Assembly: GCA_047495785.1 (NCBI GenBank)
Contig: JBLDXI010000054.1
Span: 124,001-188,000 of the forward strand
Reading direction: 5' to 3'
Origin: Lepidodermella squamata
Lineage: Eukaryota; Animalia; Gastrotricha
Length of the DNA: 64,000 bases
The position numbers and the translations under genes are program-made. Shown piece by piece: positions 10,886 through 23,475 of the stretch; position 1 is the stretch's first letter, and each line of letters begins with the position of its first letter. The notes under the pieces were generated by a model. That model was not told the DNA's origin. It made no database searches and saw only the letters and a program-made list of their open reading frames with translations.

Positions 10886-12283
10886 TCAAGATGGACTATT
10901 CCATCCTGGCCAGCTCCGGAGATTTGAGCTGGACCTTAGCAGCATCCCAAGCGTACTTCTGACACCAGTTGTGGTTGTCGCAGTGGTCGTCGTCAAATAC
11001 AACGGCTTCGGTTTAGCCGTAACAGCTCCAGCGGCTCCTAGCGCGGCTATAGCCCGTGTATTGCCGTACATCAGCGCTAAATCAAGCGGGGAATAGCCTT
11101 CTTCATTCAACGCATTAAAATTAGCTCCAGCTTGAATCAACTCGCCAACATTCTTAGTGGTTTCTCGAGCTGAGAGTTTATGTAGTACAGTATCCCCCCT
11201 GCGAAGTTTTCGATTGATATCGTACCCTTTTTGAACTAGAAACCTGGCAAAACCGTTGAACTCGTAGTATTTCCAAATATGGGTCAGACACGTGTCGTCG
11301 TTTTTGTTCTGAGAATTCACGTCTACTCCAGTGATATTTGCAAATCGGCTGGCCCGCGTGAGAAAGATGCCGTCATTCTGACAAGCCAACAAGAACGCGT
11401 TATTCCCATCTTTGTCAACAGCCGATAAGTCCGCACCCGAATCGACGAGAAGATTGGCAACATTTTCCGAAGTTTCACTAGCTGCAATCATTAACGGAGT
11501 TTTACCTGTTGATTCTCGTTCTTCTAGGTCGATGCCGGCAGTTTTGATCAGCAATCTCGCCAGATCAACGTCATCATCACGTGCAGCAAGATGTAGCAAT
11601 GTATAATTTGTGTATCTGTACGAGGTTGAATTAATCCTGATTCTAACATCGGCCCCTTTCGATATCAGAAATTCGTAGACTTGAACGCGATCTGGCGATT
11701 TCAAATAAAGTGCTGCGACTGCAAGTGGCGTCCTGCCTTCGGTATCCTTGTCCGAAACAGAATTGCCAGCCACCTCAATAGCAAATTTTACTACAGGGAG
11801 AGCAGGCATCTTGGAGATCCGACAGGCCTCCAAAAGGATTTGATCTACGTGTTTAGAAGCTCCCTGTGAAATCAGGAATTTAACGATTTCAAGGTTCGTT
11901 GCCGTCGCGTCGAGAATCGCCGTTCTCCCGTTCGCTTCCAAATCGGCATCTGCACCGAATTGCACGAGTAATTCAACCAGATCAAGGCGATTTTGTTCAG
12001 CTGCGAGCATTAAAGCAGATTTCTTGAACTCTGGATGAATCGCATTTGCATCGCCATAATTTTCGAGTAGAATCTGAAGCATTTCCAACGAAGCATTAGC
12101 AACACTTAAAGCAGCAATCACCATTGGGATCGGTTGGTCGTAAATTAAGGTCTCACAACCTACGTAATCGTCGTGCTGTTCAATTATGAGATCGTCCCCG
12201 CGGGCTTGATTGAGTCGAATCATTTCGCGAACAGCAGTAACGTTCCCAGCTCTGACATGTCCTGCAAATCTCTGAAGATGCAT
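10886..12283 (-). CDS. Ankyrin-repeat protein with Thr-rich C-terminal tail (Ank-2); probably a terminal exon starting at 12271
   Basis: 465-aa ORF with multiple ankyrin repeats (KSALMLAA, GRTPLAVAA, TLLHLAA, GKTPLMIAA, GDTVLH, GYSPLDLA). Splice acceptor TTCAG ends at 12272. Confidence 0.88.
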   Translation of the reverse strand: MHLQRFAGHVRAGNVTAVREMIRLNQARGDDLIIEQHDDYVGCETLIYDQPIPMVIAALSVANASLEMLQILLENYGDANAIHPEFKKSALMLAAEQNRLDLVELLVQFGADADLEANGRTAILDATATNLEIVKFLISQGASKHVDQILLEACRISKMPALPVVKFAIEVAGNSVSDKDTEGRTPLAVAALYLKSPDRVQVYEFLISKGADVRIRINSTSYRYTNYTLLHLAARDDDVDLARLLIKTAGIDLEERESTGKTPLMIAASETSENVANLLVDSGADLSAVDKDGNNAFLLACQNDGIFLTRASRFANITGVDVNSQNKNDDTCLTHIWKYYEFNGFARFLVQKGYDINRKLRRGDTVLHKLSARETTKNVGELIQAGANFNALNEEGYSPLDLALMYGNTRAIAALGAAGAVTAKPKPLYLTTTTATTTTGVRSTLGMLLRSSSNLRSWPGWNSPS

Positions 12284-12520
12284 AATAATTAGGCCAAATA
12301 ATTATTTTTAGTCCTACGCTAATAAAGTTGGTTGAAAGGGCTGGTTGATGGTACTAAACGCTCAACTACGGTGGATCTCTGGAGACGATGGTTAACTGCT
12401 GGAAATGGTTGAAATCAGTGTTCGAAGTTGCGTCCTCGAGTTAGGGGGTGTCCCGTTGCAACTTTTGCCCCGATTTGTAGACAAACTGGTTCCCCCCGTC
12501 GATAAAGTCAACTTTGAATT

Positions 12521-14030
12521 TTAACCCACCGAGATAAGCGATTCATTCCGCACAGCTTTAACGACTGATCGAGTAGTAATGCTGGTCTTCATTGCAGCAG
12601 TTGATCTTGCCTTGAAAATAGCTCCAACAATGGGCTGCAGTCCATCATTTATTGCCTCGTCGCTGGGCGTCAATGGCCACATTTTAGCTGAAGTTATTGC
12701 TGCTGGTGTCGTCAAAATTGTGGATGAACCCCAAATTGTTGATGGCGGACCGATGCGCCAGTTCGATGATCTCATGGCTAACTCACTGCCCAAGGCAGCA
12801 CCCCGTCTTCTCAAATTGCCGATGCTGAGTTCATCTTTCCACATTGTCGCGATGTCCAAGGCAGTTTCGCCCCGGTCATTTGTTGCATTGACATCAACAC
12901 CCAGATCGCGCAAGGCCGCAAGAGTATGCTCCCGATTATTGGACGCTGCTGCGGACATGAGTGCGTTATAGCCCGCATGGGACCTAAGGTTGAAATCGTA
13001 GCCTTTACTAGCCAGATACTGCATAATTTTAACAAGAGCCCAGTCGTTGACCTGCGAACCACTCCAAGTGCCTCCTGCGATAGTCGCAGGCAGAAAAATC
13101 AGACCTTGAATTGACGTCATTCTGTCCGATTTCGATTGCAAACTTGATAAATGCTAAATGGCCCAACTCAGTACGATCAATCTGACAAGCTTGCAGCAAC
13201 ATATTATCACCTTCGTAATTTCTCGCCTGCGCATCGGCTCCTTGGTCGATCAAGTATTGAAGTAAACCGATGGAATACCCCGTCCTAGCCGCGATCAGCA
13301 AAGGCGTGTTGTCTTCCTTGTCTTTCGCATTGACATCCATTTTGAACTGTTCCACGAGTAATTTAGCGAAAGGCACGGGATCACTAGTATAAACCCGACA
13401 AAGAATATGTAGGGCAGTTTGTCCAAGCCAGTTTCTGGAATCAGGCGATTCGAATGGCAGCAAGTAGTAAACAAGCCGAAGATATTCTTGAGTGACTGGG
13501 CCGTCAAAGGCAACCATCAACGCCGTTCTGTTCTCCTGGTCTCGAACATCCGTCCTTGCTGCGTAATTTTCAACTAGCAGTCTCGCTAGGTCAAGCCGGC
13601 CAACTCTTGCTGCCCAGAGAAACGGAGTTTTTGAATCAGCGCTAACATCCATGCGCTCCACAACATTTTTACCGATTCGATACTCGGAGTAGCCATAACT
13701 CCTGGCCTCAACATTTGCGCCATTTCGTAGTAGTAATTCGACCATTTCGTAGCTCTGATTTGTTCGAATTGCATTCACTAAAGCCGGGGCTCGGTTTCTT
13801 GGTCGGTAAACTGCCGTGGAATTTGCGTTAGCAAGGCCCGAATTTAACATTTGCCGAACGGTTGAAATTTGGCCTGACATAACAGCTTGTTTGAAAGCCT
13901 AAATGAACAACTTAAAACCTGAAGAAGCTATACACGTTCAAGCTCTTACGCTGTCGTAATCGATCGCCCTTGCGTAAATGATCGCAACCGCGGAACATAT
14001 TTCGAACAAAATTACGTAAAGGGATATCAT
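12521..14030 (-). pseudogene. Signal-peptide ankyrin-repeat gene (Ank-3) with a 1-nt frameshift near 13060-13080
   Basis: Exon 1 at 14030-13950 (MISLYVILFEICSAVAIIYARAIDYDS), intron 13949-13899. ORFs 13029-13880 and 12521-13141 together align to Ank-1, with 22 nt versus 21 nt between CDYR and QV(S/N)DW. Confidence 0.8.
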
Positions 14031-14636
14031 TGGACTTCAACATTGAGATTATAAATTCTTAAGAGAAAGGGCTCAAATCAACGAGACATGAATGTTTTTT
14101 CAGCTATCATTAAGCAATAAAAACACGATTCTCTACGGCATTGCCAAACGTGGTCATCCAGGTTTGCCAAAGTGGTTTTTTCCACCTTGAGGAATTTTGT
14201 TTTTTTACATAATCACGTGACGCCATTGTGTTCAAGCCATTGTGTTTATATGCTCACCCAGTTACGCAGTTTAGCCATTGCTTACAGAGGCACAATAGAA
14301 CCCGTAGATCACACAAACCGTAGTAGGGGAAAGCATTGTTTAAGGAATTTTCTATCATTTCAAAAACAAATTTCAGATAATGACCGAAAGAAGACCCTCA
14401 ATTCCGCGTAATCTCTCTGCATACAGCATACACCGTTCTCATAAGTCTGCTGTAATCGTTATTGAAAATGAATAAGGTATTCCTTTCAGGATATATACAC
14501 CCGCGATTTACCCTGATTCTAAAAATTGGTTGTTGATTTCATCAGACTTGCCAGGAAGCAAAGTTTTATTCACCCGAGAAGACTCATATCTCTCAACAAA
14601 TCACTTTCTCTTCATTTATCGCATCTAGATTTAAAC

Positions 14637-15974
14637 TCACTGCATGTAGGACGGAAGTCCAACAACAGGCGCGAAACCCCAGCGAGCATTTCCGACATCG
14701 AACACGTTGTAGTAGCGCTGGATGACTGGCTTGCCCAGAACAATTTGGTTCAGAGTGTTAGCATAAATGCCGAAAACACCGCCGTATCCGCCACCAAGAG
14801 GGCAGAATCCACTATGCCAAGATAACTCGGCGAGGCCCAGGTAAACAGCCGGCGGGACAGTGACACTTCCGCCATTGAAATCGAAGGTGAAGCTAGGCAG
14901 AGAGGCGAGATTGGACCCGCAAGGCCAGCCCCAGTTTGAAGAGTTGAAATACGTTGCGGTATCTTGGCAAGACGGCAGAGTGCACTGTTGCGTGGCACCG
15001 AGAGCCTTGGCGACAGTCACAGCCATGTCAACAGTTGGGAAATTGATAGCACCTGTGGTACCAGTATCAGGCAGAACAGAGCAGGATCCGTCCTGGCATG
15101 CGACAGCTTTACCATTTACCTGAAAGAACCGTGATGAACATAGTAGTTTGGACTTTGAAAGGAACCTACCGAGATCTTGTTCAGTGAAACAAACCACTTT
15201 GTATTTGACAGGCCGTAGGGGGTTACTGGGCTGTAGACCAGCGAACCAGTGAACTGAGAGTTATCAATGGTTCCGATGTTCAAACCTCCCACAGTTGCGT
15301 TTGAGGCTGCTGTGAGATAGATTGTCCATATAGGAAGGTTTCCCCCAGCAACTGCCGTTGAGATTAGGTTCGGCAGAATGCAAGAAGGGTAGTTCTTCGC
15401 GCATGGCTGCGTGTAGTTCTGCCAGCCCATTCCGATGACACCACTGTGGCCACTCGGAGGACTGCCACTGGTGAGTGCAGTTGTGATTGCCATGACTGTC
15501 GACGCGACTTTGAAGTTTCCCAAAGCAACAGCGTCACTGCCGTACGAGCATTGAAGGGAGGCACTTCCATAGGTGAGTTGACCTGCTGGAATCGAGCTGG
15601 ACAGATCTTTCCATGTGGAGGATTTTGCATAATCGAATCCTGTAATCCCAGTTGTCAAAGATTGAGCGAACTGTGAGCTAGCGACCTGGAATGACTTTGA
15701 GCCGGAATCGACCATCGTAGGTAAAGTCTGTCCCGGGGTTCCAAAGGTGACCATCACATTGTAGGGCGAGAATTTCTGTTCGGGAAATAGCTAGCTTAAA
15801 TGAATTCAAAGATTTTCTACTTACATTCCAGCCAATGCTAGTAACAGGGGCCGTGTATATTACGGCATGTGCTTTCAAAAACAGAAAATAATTTTTTTTT
15901 AATGAGTTAGATCGACTATACTTACCCTGCTGCATGGTAGCTGCAAGAAGTAAAGCTACGAAAGAGGCTGGCAT
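14637..15974 (-). CDS. Secreted pepsin-family (A1) aspartic protease, 4 exons (Asp-1)
   Basis: Signal peptide MPASFVALLLAATMQQAHA, TFGTPGQ...VDSGS, flap LTYGS, GVIGMG, LPDTGT, IVLGKPVIQRYYNVFD. Three short GT-AG introns shared with 48206-49555. Confidence 0.9.
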
Positions 15975-16463
15975 CACGCAGAGAAAATAATTTTCAAAAT
16001 AAAAAGAGTTAGAATGATCTTGTATATGGTAAGAAGGCTTCAACTCGGCATTAGGGAATTTTTATTGTTTGCACATAAGGTTCAGCCTTCACTTCCCGCG
16101 TTTTTGTTTGCTTTTGTGCTAAATTTATCTTTGGCAAAATAACGTACCGGCATCCGTAGATGTTTAAGGCAATCTTGATGCTGCATCGTACTCAATGCAT
16201 GGCTTATTTAACAAATGTGTTTTATTAAAAAAAATCAATAAATAAAATGACATGTCCCTAGTTTGTTATCGTAGTTAGTAGAAGGATAGTTAGGAATGGT
16301 CGTCCTACTTTTAAATTAGCCATGGTAACAGCAATTAATTAATTAATTCAGACATCCTGCTATTCTGAAATGCACGCGATACGTTACGTCTATTAGCAAT
16401 AAGTTACGTATCTCAAAATAATGAATGAAGAATGAAGCAAGAGTACAAATTATCACGAAGAAA

Positions 16464-17071
16464 TCATTGCAAATTGCAAATTGCAATGAAGTAGAGATTA
16501 ATTCCCAAAACAACGCTGACACTTGTGAGCAGTACTACAAAGTCCAAGGCTTGAATCAGAGAGATTGCACTTGTTTTCTTGAACAGCTCAACTCGCAGCG
16601 AATACAACTTCGGATTCTGAGTCATAACCGCTGTCGCAATGACCTCAGGCACCATGCACCATACATGGCAAGTACGGCAATCGTAGCTGTGAGGCTCAGT
16701 ACATAGTTTGCCAACAGAATTTGCTGGTCGGTCTCGGGAACACTCTCAAGCACATCAGACTGAGCTACGATAAGAGATAGCATGATAGTACAGCAAATAG
16801 CAGGCCGATCCGGGGAGCTGGTTCCATAATTAAAGACCCGAAGCCAAGAACAAGTAAGATATAGCAAGGGATCATGAAATTCACTATATAGTAGCCCGGG
16901 TCCCGTTTGAACTTCAAAATAACTCGGGCATAGGACACAGTTGACGAGGCGATCGAACTTGATGCAGTAGTACCTCTCGCGCTGGTCAACCCTTGGTAGC
17001 TCCGAACTCCGTGGCCCAACGGCCCCTTGACCCTAGTGTAGAGCCCTCCAATTGAGAGAAAGCTAACATGC
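16464..17071 (-). pseudogene. 5'-truncated, frameshifted Cys-loop channel relic (end of the extracellular domain plus M1-M4)
   Basis: Fragments in three frames (SSTVSYARVILKFKRDPGYYIVNFMIPCYIL / PDRPAICCTIMLSLIVAQSDVL / LIQALDFVVLL) match the 32620-33777 paralog. Homology stops at ~17071. Confidence 0.85.
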
Positions 17072-18069
17072 TAACCGTTGGAGCTTTCGACCGTTGGTTC
17101 CTAAGAGTCTGCTTTCGGCTTACTTTCCGCGAAGATCTTCCGCAGCCACAGCAGAGCTGAGCAACAGTTTTACCAGCTTTTCAAGTAGCTGAGCTCTGTT
17201 ATCGAATCGGCAGCTACAAGTGCTTATCTGTGTGGGCAACACGATGAATAAGCCAAGCAACTAGCTGCCGAAGACGTGCTCATCAAGACCTCCAGTCTCA
17301 CCAGGCATATTATTGGTTCCGTCAGCACCGAGTCCGTTTAAAACCGTGAGAAACGTTTCGAGCAAGGAGGCGTAGTCAGTTGTTGACGCCATTCGAATGC
17401 CAAGAAAAGGAGTCACTGATAACAATGACCATAAAATTATTCGTGTGCCACGCGAGCCACGTTACTTTCCAACCGTTGATCGCGCGAAAATGTCTCAAAA
17501 ACAGTGGCGAGAGTTTTTTCTGCAAGATCCTTTTCTCTCAATCAGAGCGTCTGAAACGCTTGGACGCGCTTTGAATTAGCTGCAGAACTCAAGAACACTG
17601 TGTTTTCACGATGGTTGCGACCGCAGCTGACCCAAAGCCGTCCGAAGCATCGACAAAAACATCATATTCATCAGTATGAAGCGCTTGGAAGTCACCGGCT
17701 GACGCGCTATCACTATGCTTTGGCGTTTTTGGTCTGATATTCCGCTGTCTCTTTTTTCCTCTAAGCCTAGGATAAGAATCTGACATTCTCAAAAAAGTGT
17801 AAACTTGAATGGCGCAAACAACTGCTTTAATGCCCTTAAACTTAAACTATAAGAAAAAGATGAGAAAAATTATTGTTTATATAAACATTATAAAATAATT
17901 GTGATCAATGAAAACGTCAAATGAAATAATTGTCAGAAGATAAAAAAACGTGTGCTTCTATAAAAATACGTTACAATGTTTTTCATGGGGTGTAAACACC
18001 GAACTTTTGCTAATCGGGCTCAAGTTGATCGGAATCACTTCAGACTTGTTCGTCCGATTCCAGCTGTTG

Positions 18070-21000
18070 TTAGATCCCAGCGGATAGAATAAAGTTGAAA
18101 TTGATGGCCAATATTGCGAATGTAGCCGACAAAAAAGCCAAAATATCGTAAGCCCGAATCAAAGGCAAAGCTTGAAGAGGTTTCATAAGTTTCACTGGTA
18201 ACGAATATTTGTCCTCATGACGAGTCATGACGGCGGATGCGACAATTTGATACATCGCTACCGCTGCTACTGTTGCTGTAAGACTAAGAACGTAGTTTGC
18301 AAACAGAATCTGCTGATCAGTCTCAGGCACGCTTCGCAAGACATCGGATTGAGCGACAACGAGCGACAACATGATTGTGCAACAAATTGCGGGACGATCA
18401 GGGACATCTGGTGCCATCAACATTGTACCGAGCGCGAGGCACAGCAAAATGTAGCAAGGAATCAGGAAGTTGACAATGTAGTAGCCCGGGTTGCGTTCGA
18501 ATTTCAGCTTGAGTTTAACGTAAGAAGAAATTTGAGAAAACAACGGAATGGTGCCGCGTTCTATAGTGTAGCCCTTAAAATTCCAAACGCCAAAGTCGAG
18601 CTTACCAGCTATTTTGACATACATGCCGCCTATCGAAAGAGTATTAATATGTTCCTCGCTTTGTAACACGAGTTCGCAGGTTTGATGGTCGAACGGAAAT
18701 GTCGTGAGGTCAATGTCGCAGCTAGTCGCGAAAGTTCCCACGCGTGTCCAATGGAAAAATAGCGTTCTATTCGGCCGAGTTGGGTAGTAAGCGATATCAA
18801 TCTTCTCCCCGCATGCTGGATTAGTGATGTCGAAATCTGGCGTTTTGTTAGGGAAAATCATCGAGGGTCGCCATATATCAGTTCGCCGGGTTGAGACAAG
18901 TCGCTCCTTATCCTCGGCCTCTGGCGCAGTGTAGCTCGCGTCACAAGAAGATACCATCCACTGTAGGAGTAGAGAACCCCAAAAGTAGGCTCTTTGTTGA
19001 TTTTGCTCGATAGATTCGACGTTTTCCAAGGTTAGCTGAATGTAAATCTGAGTTGCTGCGCCAGGTGCACGCTGCTCTACGTTAAGATGCGGGCAGGGAA
19101 GTAGGTCATCAATTTTAACTGTCTGGGGGAAGTTTCCGAGGAGCAGCTGTGGAACCGGGAAGGTAGTTATTGGATCGTAATAGGACTCGTTTTGCCCGGG
19201 CGTTGATGATGGTGATGTTGGTAATAGTGGCGATTGTGTTTCTGAGGGTGTTGGGAATGGCGATGGCGATGATTGTGATTGTGTTCGTGATAATGAAGGT
19301 AACGGTGAGGTTGATGTCGGGGCTGGCGTTGAAGTTACTGTTAATGTTGGCGTTGGTGTTGGTGTTGGTGTTGGTGTTTGTGTTTGTGTTTGTGTTTGTG
19401 TTTGTGTTTGTGTTTGTGTTTGTGTTTGTGTTTGTGTTTGTGTTTGTGTTGAAGTCGAAGTCGAAGTTGATGTTGATGTTGATGTTGATGATGTCGGTGA
19501 CGGTGATTGTGATGGTGATGTTGTTGTATCGATCACTGTCTCGTTAAAATTTGACAGGACCCAGACAATCCTAGAATAAAGCGGGATTTAGAACAAGTCA
19601 TTGTTATTGTAATGATGCGTCCAGTATGCGGCTATCAGGAGGGGGAGGGGGATGGGGGGATTATCCCTCCCAGCTCGGCTGGTCCAGAAAACAAAATGAG
19701 GATTTATCTTCTTTAATTTTGAGAGGTTCTGTAGCGTGATTCCCCCGTACTTCGCACTCTGTGGGAGAATTATAATGTCGTCGCCGTTGAAAGATCCCTG
19801 AAATCTTCAACGCTGAAGACGACAGTGAATCTGCTGCGCTATATGGCCTCATTTGTGTTTTGCTTGTTTGCTTTACGAGGGGTCGGAGCATGAAGGAAGT
19901 CATATAATGTAAACCTACGCTCGTCGGATGGTGACGGTGCCTTTAAGAGCAGCGACCTCAAGCATTACATTCCCTTGAGGATACGGTAAATTGTCGAAGC
20001 ACATTGCGGATGGGGTCGATCCGTAACCAGGCAATGCCGTAATAGCCACCTGGAATACAATTGAGAGGCAATGAACGCAATATGCAAATGGAAAACACAC
20101 CGAAGCTGTGTAATTGCGCTTTTGCAAAATGAGCCGATACTTTGCGTTGCCGTTCGAATTGAACAGCCCCGAGAGACCACATGATGGGGGTGTCACGTTG
20201 AAGTTGTTGAACGGCACTGGGGTCAAAGTGGCGACCCTAACACTGTTGAATGCAGCGTATAATTCCCCGCTACCGTTCGCGAGTCGCTGCGAAATCGTCA
20301 GGCCTGAATATAAGTTCATGGCGTTGTTTATCGTCCCGTTAGTTGATCCTTATTTCGAATGAATTCAGCGACATGAAAAGTGTGGATTCATACCGGAATA
20401 TCTTACCTATTTGTGAAAACTGAGATTGCCTCGTGTATCCCATGACAAACCAGTATTCCGAGCCGTTTGTAGGATAACTTATATCCATGTCAAATTCGAT
20501 CCGCCAGGACCACGCCTCATGAGTTGGGCCGAAGTCCTATCATTGGCTTTAATTATATTAGCCGAGAGGCCATTTGACCGTTAACAAGTAGGATTGGGCT
20601 AACAGTGCCCGAAGTAGGATCCTCGAACTCGGGGGTATTTTCGGGCCCCAATTTTATGACCAAAGGGTCTCCCCTGTGGTATTTTGGGGGTTTTTCCACT
20701 TTGGCCTGCCGAAGTCGGGGGTACCATACCTCTGTACTTCGCGCCCTGCTGGTTTATTTTCTGTATCTTATCAGTATTTTTGTATTATTAGGGTTGCTAG
20801 ATTTTCTTAGTCAGTTTATCCAGAGGATGTCAAATTTTCAAAATTCAGCAGATCCCAGGAAGACTTCCATCCACCTCAGACGACGGGAGACCCCAAAGTG
20901 TCGCCTAACAGGCTTATCGATTTCGTTTGACGTAATTATCCACTCATCCGTTTTTGACGTCCTTCGATTTCTCGTTTATTTATCCTGGAAGTGGCATCAA

Positions 21001-22837
21001 AATCTCATGATGCATGATGCCCAAAATCTCGCCAAACTCCACTTTTCCCTTGTTAATAGCCATTTTACTTCAAAATTTGAGCTCGTTTTGAATGTTCAAA
21101 TTAGAAGTCCTAATTTTACCAAACAATCTACATAGGATCACACTGTCAAATCTATATATTTATAAACCTGGCGACTGTCTTCCGACAAAATCCCTTAGGC
21201 CCCAGAATTTCGCACTCTCCCTCCCTCAACTCCAAATCCCACGTATGTTGTTAACACCCCTTATGATGTCGTTAGCGACGTTGAATAACTCGGATTTGGT
21301 CTTGTTTACGTCAGTTTCAAGGTACTGGTTGACAAGTAAAAAGCGCTGTTTTTTACGTGAATGAAGAGGCAAACACGATTGGCGTTTTACTTGTCACCCT
21401 TCTCCTTGAAACAGACGTAAACAAGCCTAAATCCGAGTTATTCAACGTCGCTAACGATGTGTGCTTCATTCTTTAGTAAACTCACAGCTATAACTGTAGC
21501 TCGATTTGACGATGGACTGAGCGAACAGCCACTCGAGTTCACGCAAGCTGAGGCCGCCCATCGAGGAATTCCAACCGACGTGCTTTGATTGAACCCATCA
21601 AAGCTATTCACTAGATGCAATGTAGGTGTACCGGATAAATCTGGCGGAAAGGGCAACGTGGAGGTATCGGGCTCTGGAGCGTAGGCGGCGCGGGTATTCC
21701 AGAAATACCTAAGGAAAATCAACATTAAGAATTAAGAATAGATCCAAATATTAACGAGTTAAATTGTTACAGTTTCTTGATAAGAATATCGGCGTTGGTT
21801 CCCATTCCGATGAAAAATGGGCCTAAGGTAGCTTGGTTCATCATAAAGCCGGGTAAGCTGTAGACGCCAGCGTTGTCGGCCATCGGGATGCAAGTGGATG
21901 CATTTCCCGCAAGTGGAACGATAGACAGCTGAGCGAACCATTATTTTCGCACACATGTTTACACATGAGAAAGCAGCTTACACTATGGACATTAGTCGAT
22001 TTTAGAGCTTGAAGTACGATTCGGTAGGTCATGTTGCCCGAACTCGTGAGAATCGCATTGCTACCACAGCTGGGCTGAGACTCGTTAAAGTCTGTCGCAT
22101 TCATCATTGGCGGGCGAAATGTTTCATTAGCAGCAGCCGTTCTACGAGAATCCGAAAAACTCGCATATATCTTGCCACCAGGTTCGAGCTTGTGCCAATT
22201 TATGTTACCAGCCGCGCTGCTGTTGAAGGAATCGAGAAACAGTGCGTTAGGGCTTGATTTTACTGGGATAAAAGCAAATGTCGATGTAACATGCAAATTC
22301 GAGAAGTTTACCTGGTATATAATCAGTAAGACGTCCGATTCCGAACCCGAACCAAGCATCCGATTGAACTGTGTTGTAGCTCACGGACAGCTCGATTTCA
22401 ATCCTGAATGGCGACACAACTCCATGGGCATCTGTTATCAACTAATTTTAAGTATTAAATATGTTCCTGTTTTTCGGTTTTATTTTAACTCACACTTGTG
22501 CTTGCAGTGCCGAAGGTTTTGTTTGGGGAAGTTTGAGAAGAAATTAGCCGGATTCCATTACTCGTGAATTCAGCTGAGTACCCAAGAGTTATACTTGTAT
22601 TGCCGTTGATATTGAGGTTTTCGCGGTCGAACGACAAGCCAGGAATGTAGCGTGGTCTCCCTGCTAAAGTATCTTCAAATGGCACTGATGTTGTGTCTGG
22701 CAGCGGGTCATATCCCGATCGAACCACTCCTATGTTGAAAAATCGATAAAATATGCCATTCAAATTTATGAGTTAGTCAAACCCGATAATGCGAACAAAA
22801 TTAAACTCGTTAAAGTAAATTTCGGAATTTCGAACAT
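18070..22837 (-). CDS. Long-form Cys-loop ligand-gated ion channel L1: signal peptide, two beta-rich domains, mucin stalk, pLGIC (10 exons)
   Basis: ATG at 22837 (MFEIPKFTLTSLILFALS|GVVRSGYDPLPD), eight internal exons homologous to L2-L4. Last exon ~19571-18070 has WRP, Cys-loop CDIDLTTFPFDHQTC and four TM helices. Confidence 0.85.
19345..19520 (-). repeat. Coding hexanucleotide microsatellite (ACACAA/ACACCA/ACATCA)n encoding TQ/TP/TS repeats of the L1 stalk
   Basis: About 12 perfect TGTGTT units on the + strand, flanked by GGTGTT, GAAGTC and GATGTT variants, all in frame. Confidence 0.95.
19622..19761 (+). mobile_element. hAT-like MITE family 2, in the last intron of L1
   Basis: CAGTATGCG...CGCACTCTG ends. 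Body matches 61609-61863 (reverse) and ~38755-38840. Confidence 0.6.
20603..20748. mobile_element. Short hAT-like MITE in an L1 intron
   Basis: TIR CAGTGCCCGAAGTA / TACTTCGCGCCCTG. The end sequence GAAGTAGGATCCTCGAACTCGGGG recurs in reverse at ~45808-45832. Confidence 0.55.
21270..21456. mobile_element. Palindromic MITE, TIR CGTTAGCGACG, 4-bp TSD ATGT
   Basis: More than 50 bp of near-perfect inverted arms. ATGT at 21266-21269 and 21457-21460. Confidence 0.85.
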
Positions 22838-23438
22838 CGGTCGCCTTCTTTTCGAGTTCAAAATTGTGTCGATTTGGTAAAATCGACCAGGCTTCCAACC
22901 AGGCAGACACAATAAAATATATGTCCTATTATAACCGTTGAAAAATGAGTAATCGGCCTACATTTTTAAGACATGGCGCAGACGATCAGGTGTAGGCATT
23001 TTTGAGTTAAAACTTCGCTATTTTCGTACTTATTAATAAAAAATTTTGCTCGCTTCGCTTGAATTCCACATTTTTCTTTCTTTTTCTATCCTCTAGAGCC
23101 AACATTCTCAAGCAGAACTTGGTTCATCAACGCCACTTCGGTGGCGATGTTTGAGCAGCGACTTCCACATCAGCAACTTTCACAATAGAAGTTCTGTTCT
23201 AATTAGGAACTCAATTAAAAAGCAGACGTCAATTCATCGGAAGTCTTGAAAGTTATGACATCACCTCAGTGTTGACTTACTAGTTAAGCAGACTTTTCAT
23301 ATCATACGTTAAAGTGAGAATGATCATGTAATTTCTATAATTTTGAACTCCACCTCCTGATACATCTCCTGGCTGATTTGCAGCCAGTCTAAATGAGCGA
23401 TAAGCGATACATGCCTTTGACAAAAGGCGGTGGGAATT

Positions 23439-23475
23439 CCGGGGAAACCAAATCTAGTTGATTTGGTTTCCCCGG
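23439..23475. repeat. Perfect 16-bp stem, 5-nt loop hairpin
   Basis: CCGGGGAAACCAAATC-TAGTT-GATTTGGTTTCCCCGG. Confidence 0.9.

Noticed and set aside
17072-17792. Possible decayed retroelement coding sequence (VFVDAS motif) abutting the channel relic
   Set aside because: A single short motif with many stops. It cannot be assigned.
19170-19547. 125-aa hydrophobic (VF)n ORF on the + strand
   Set aside because: Antisense shadow of the coding TQ/TP microsatellite.
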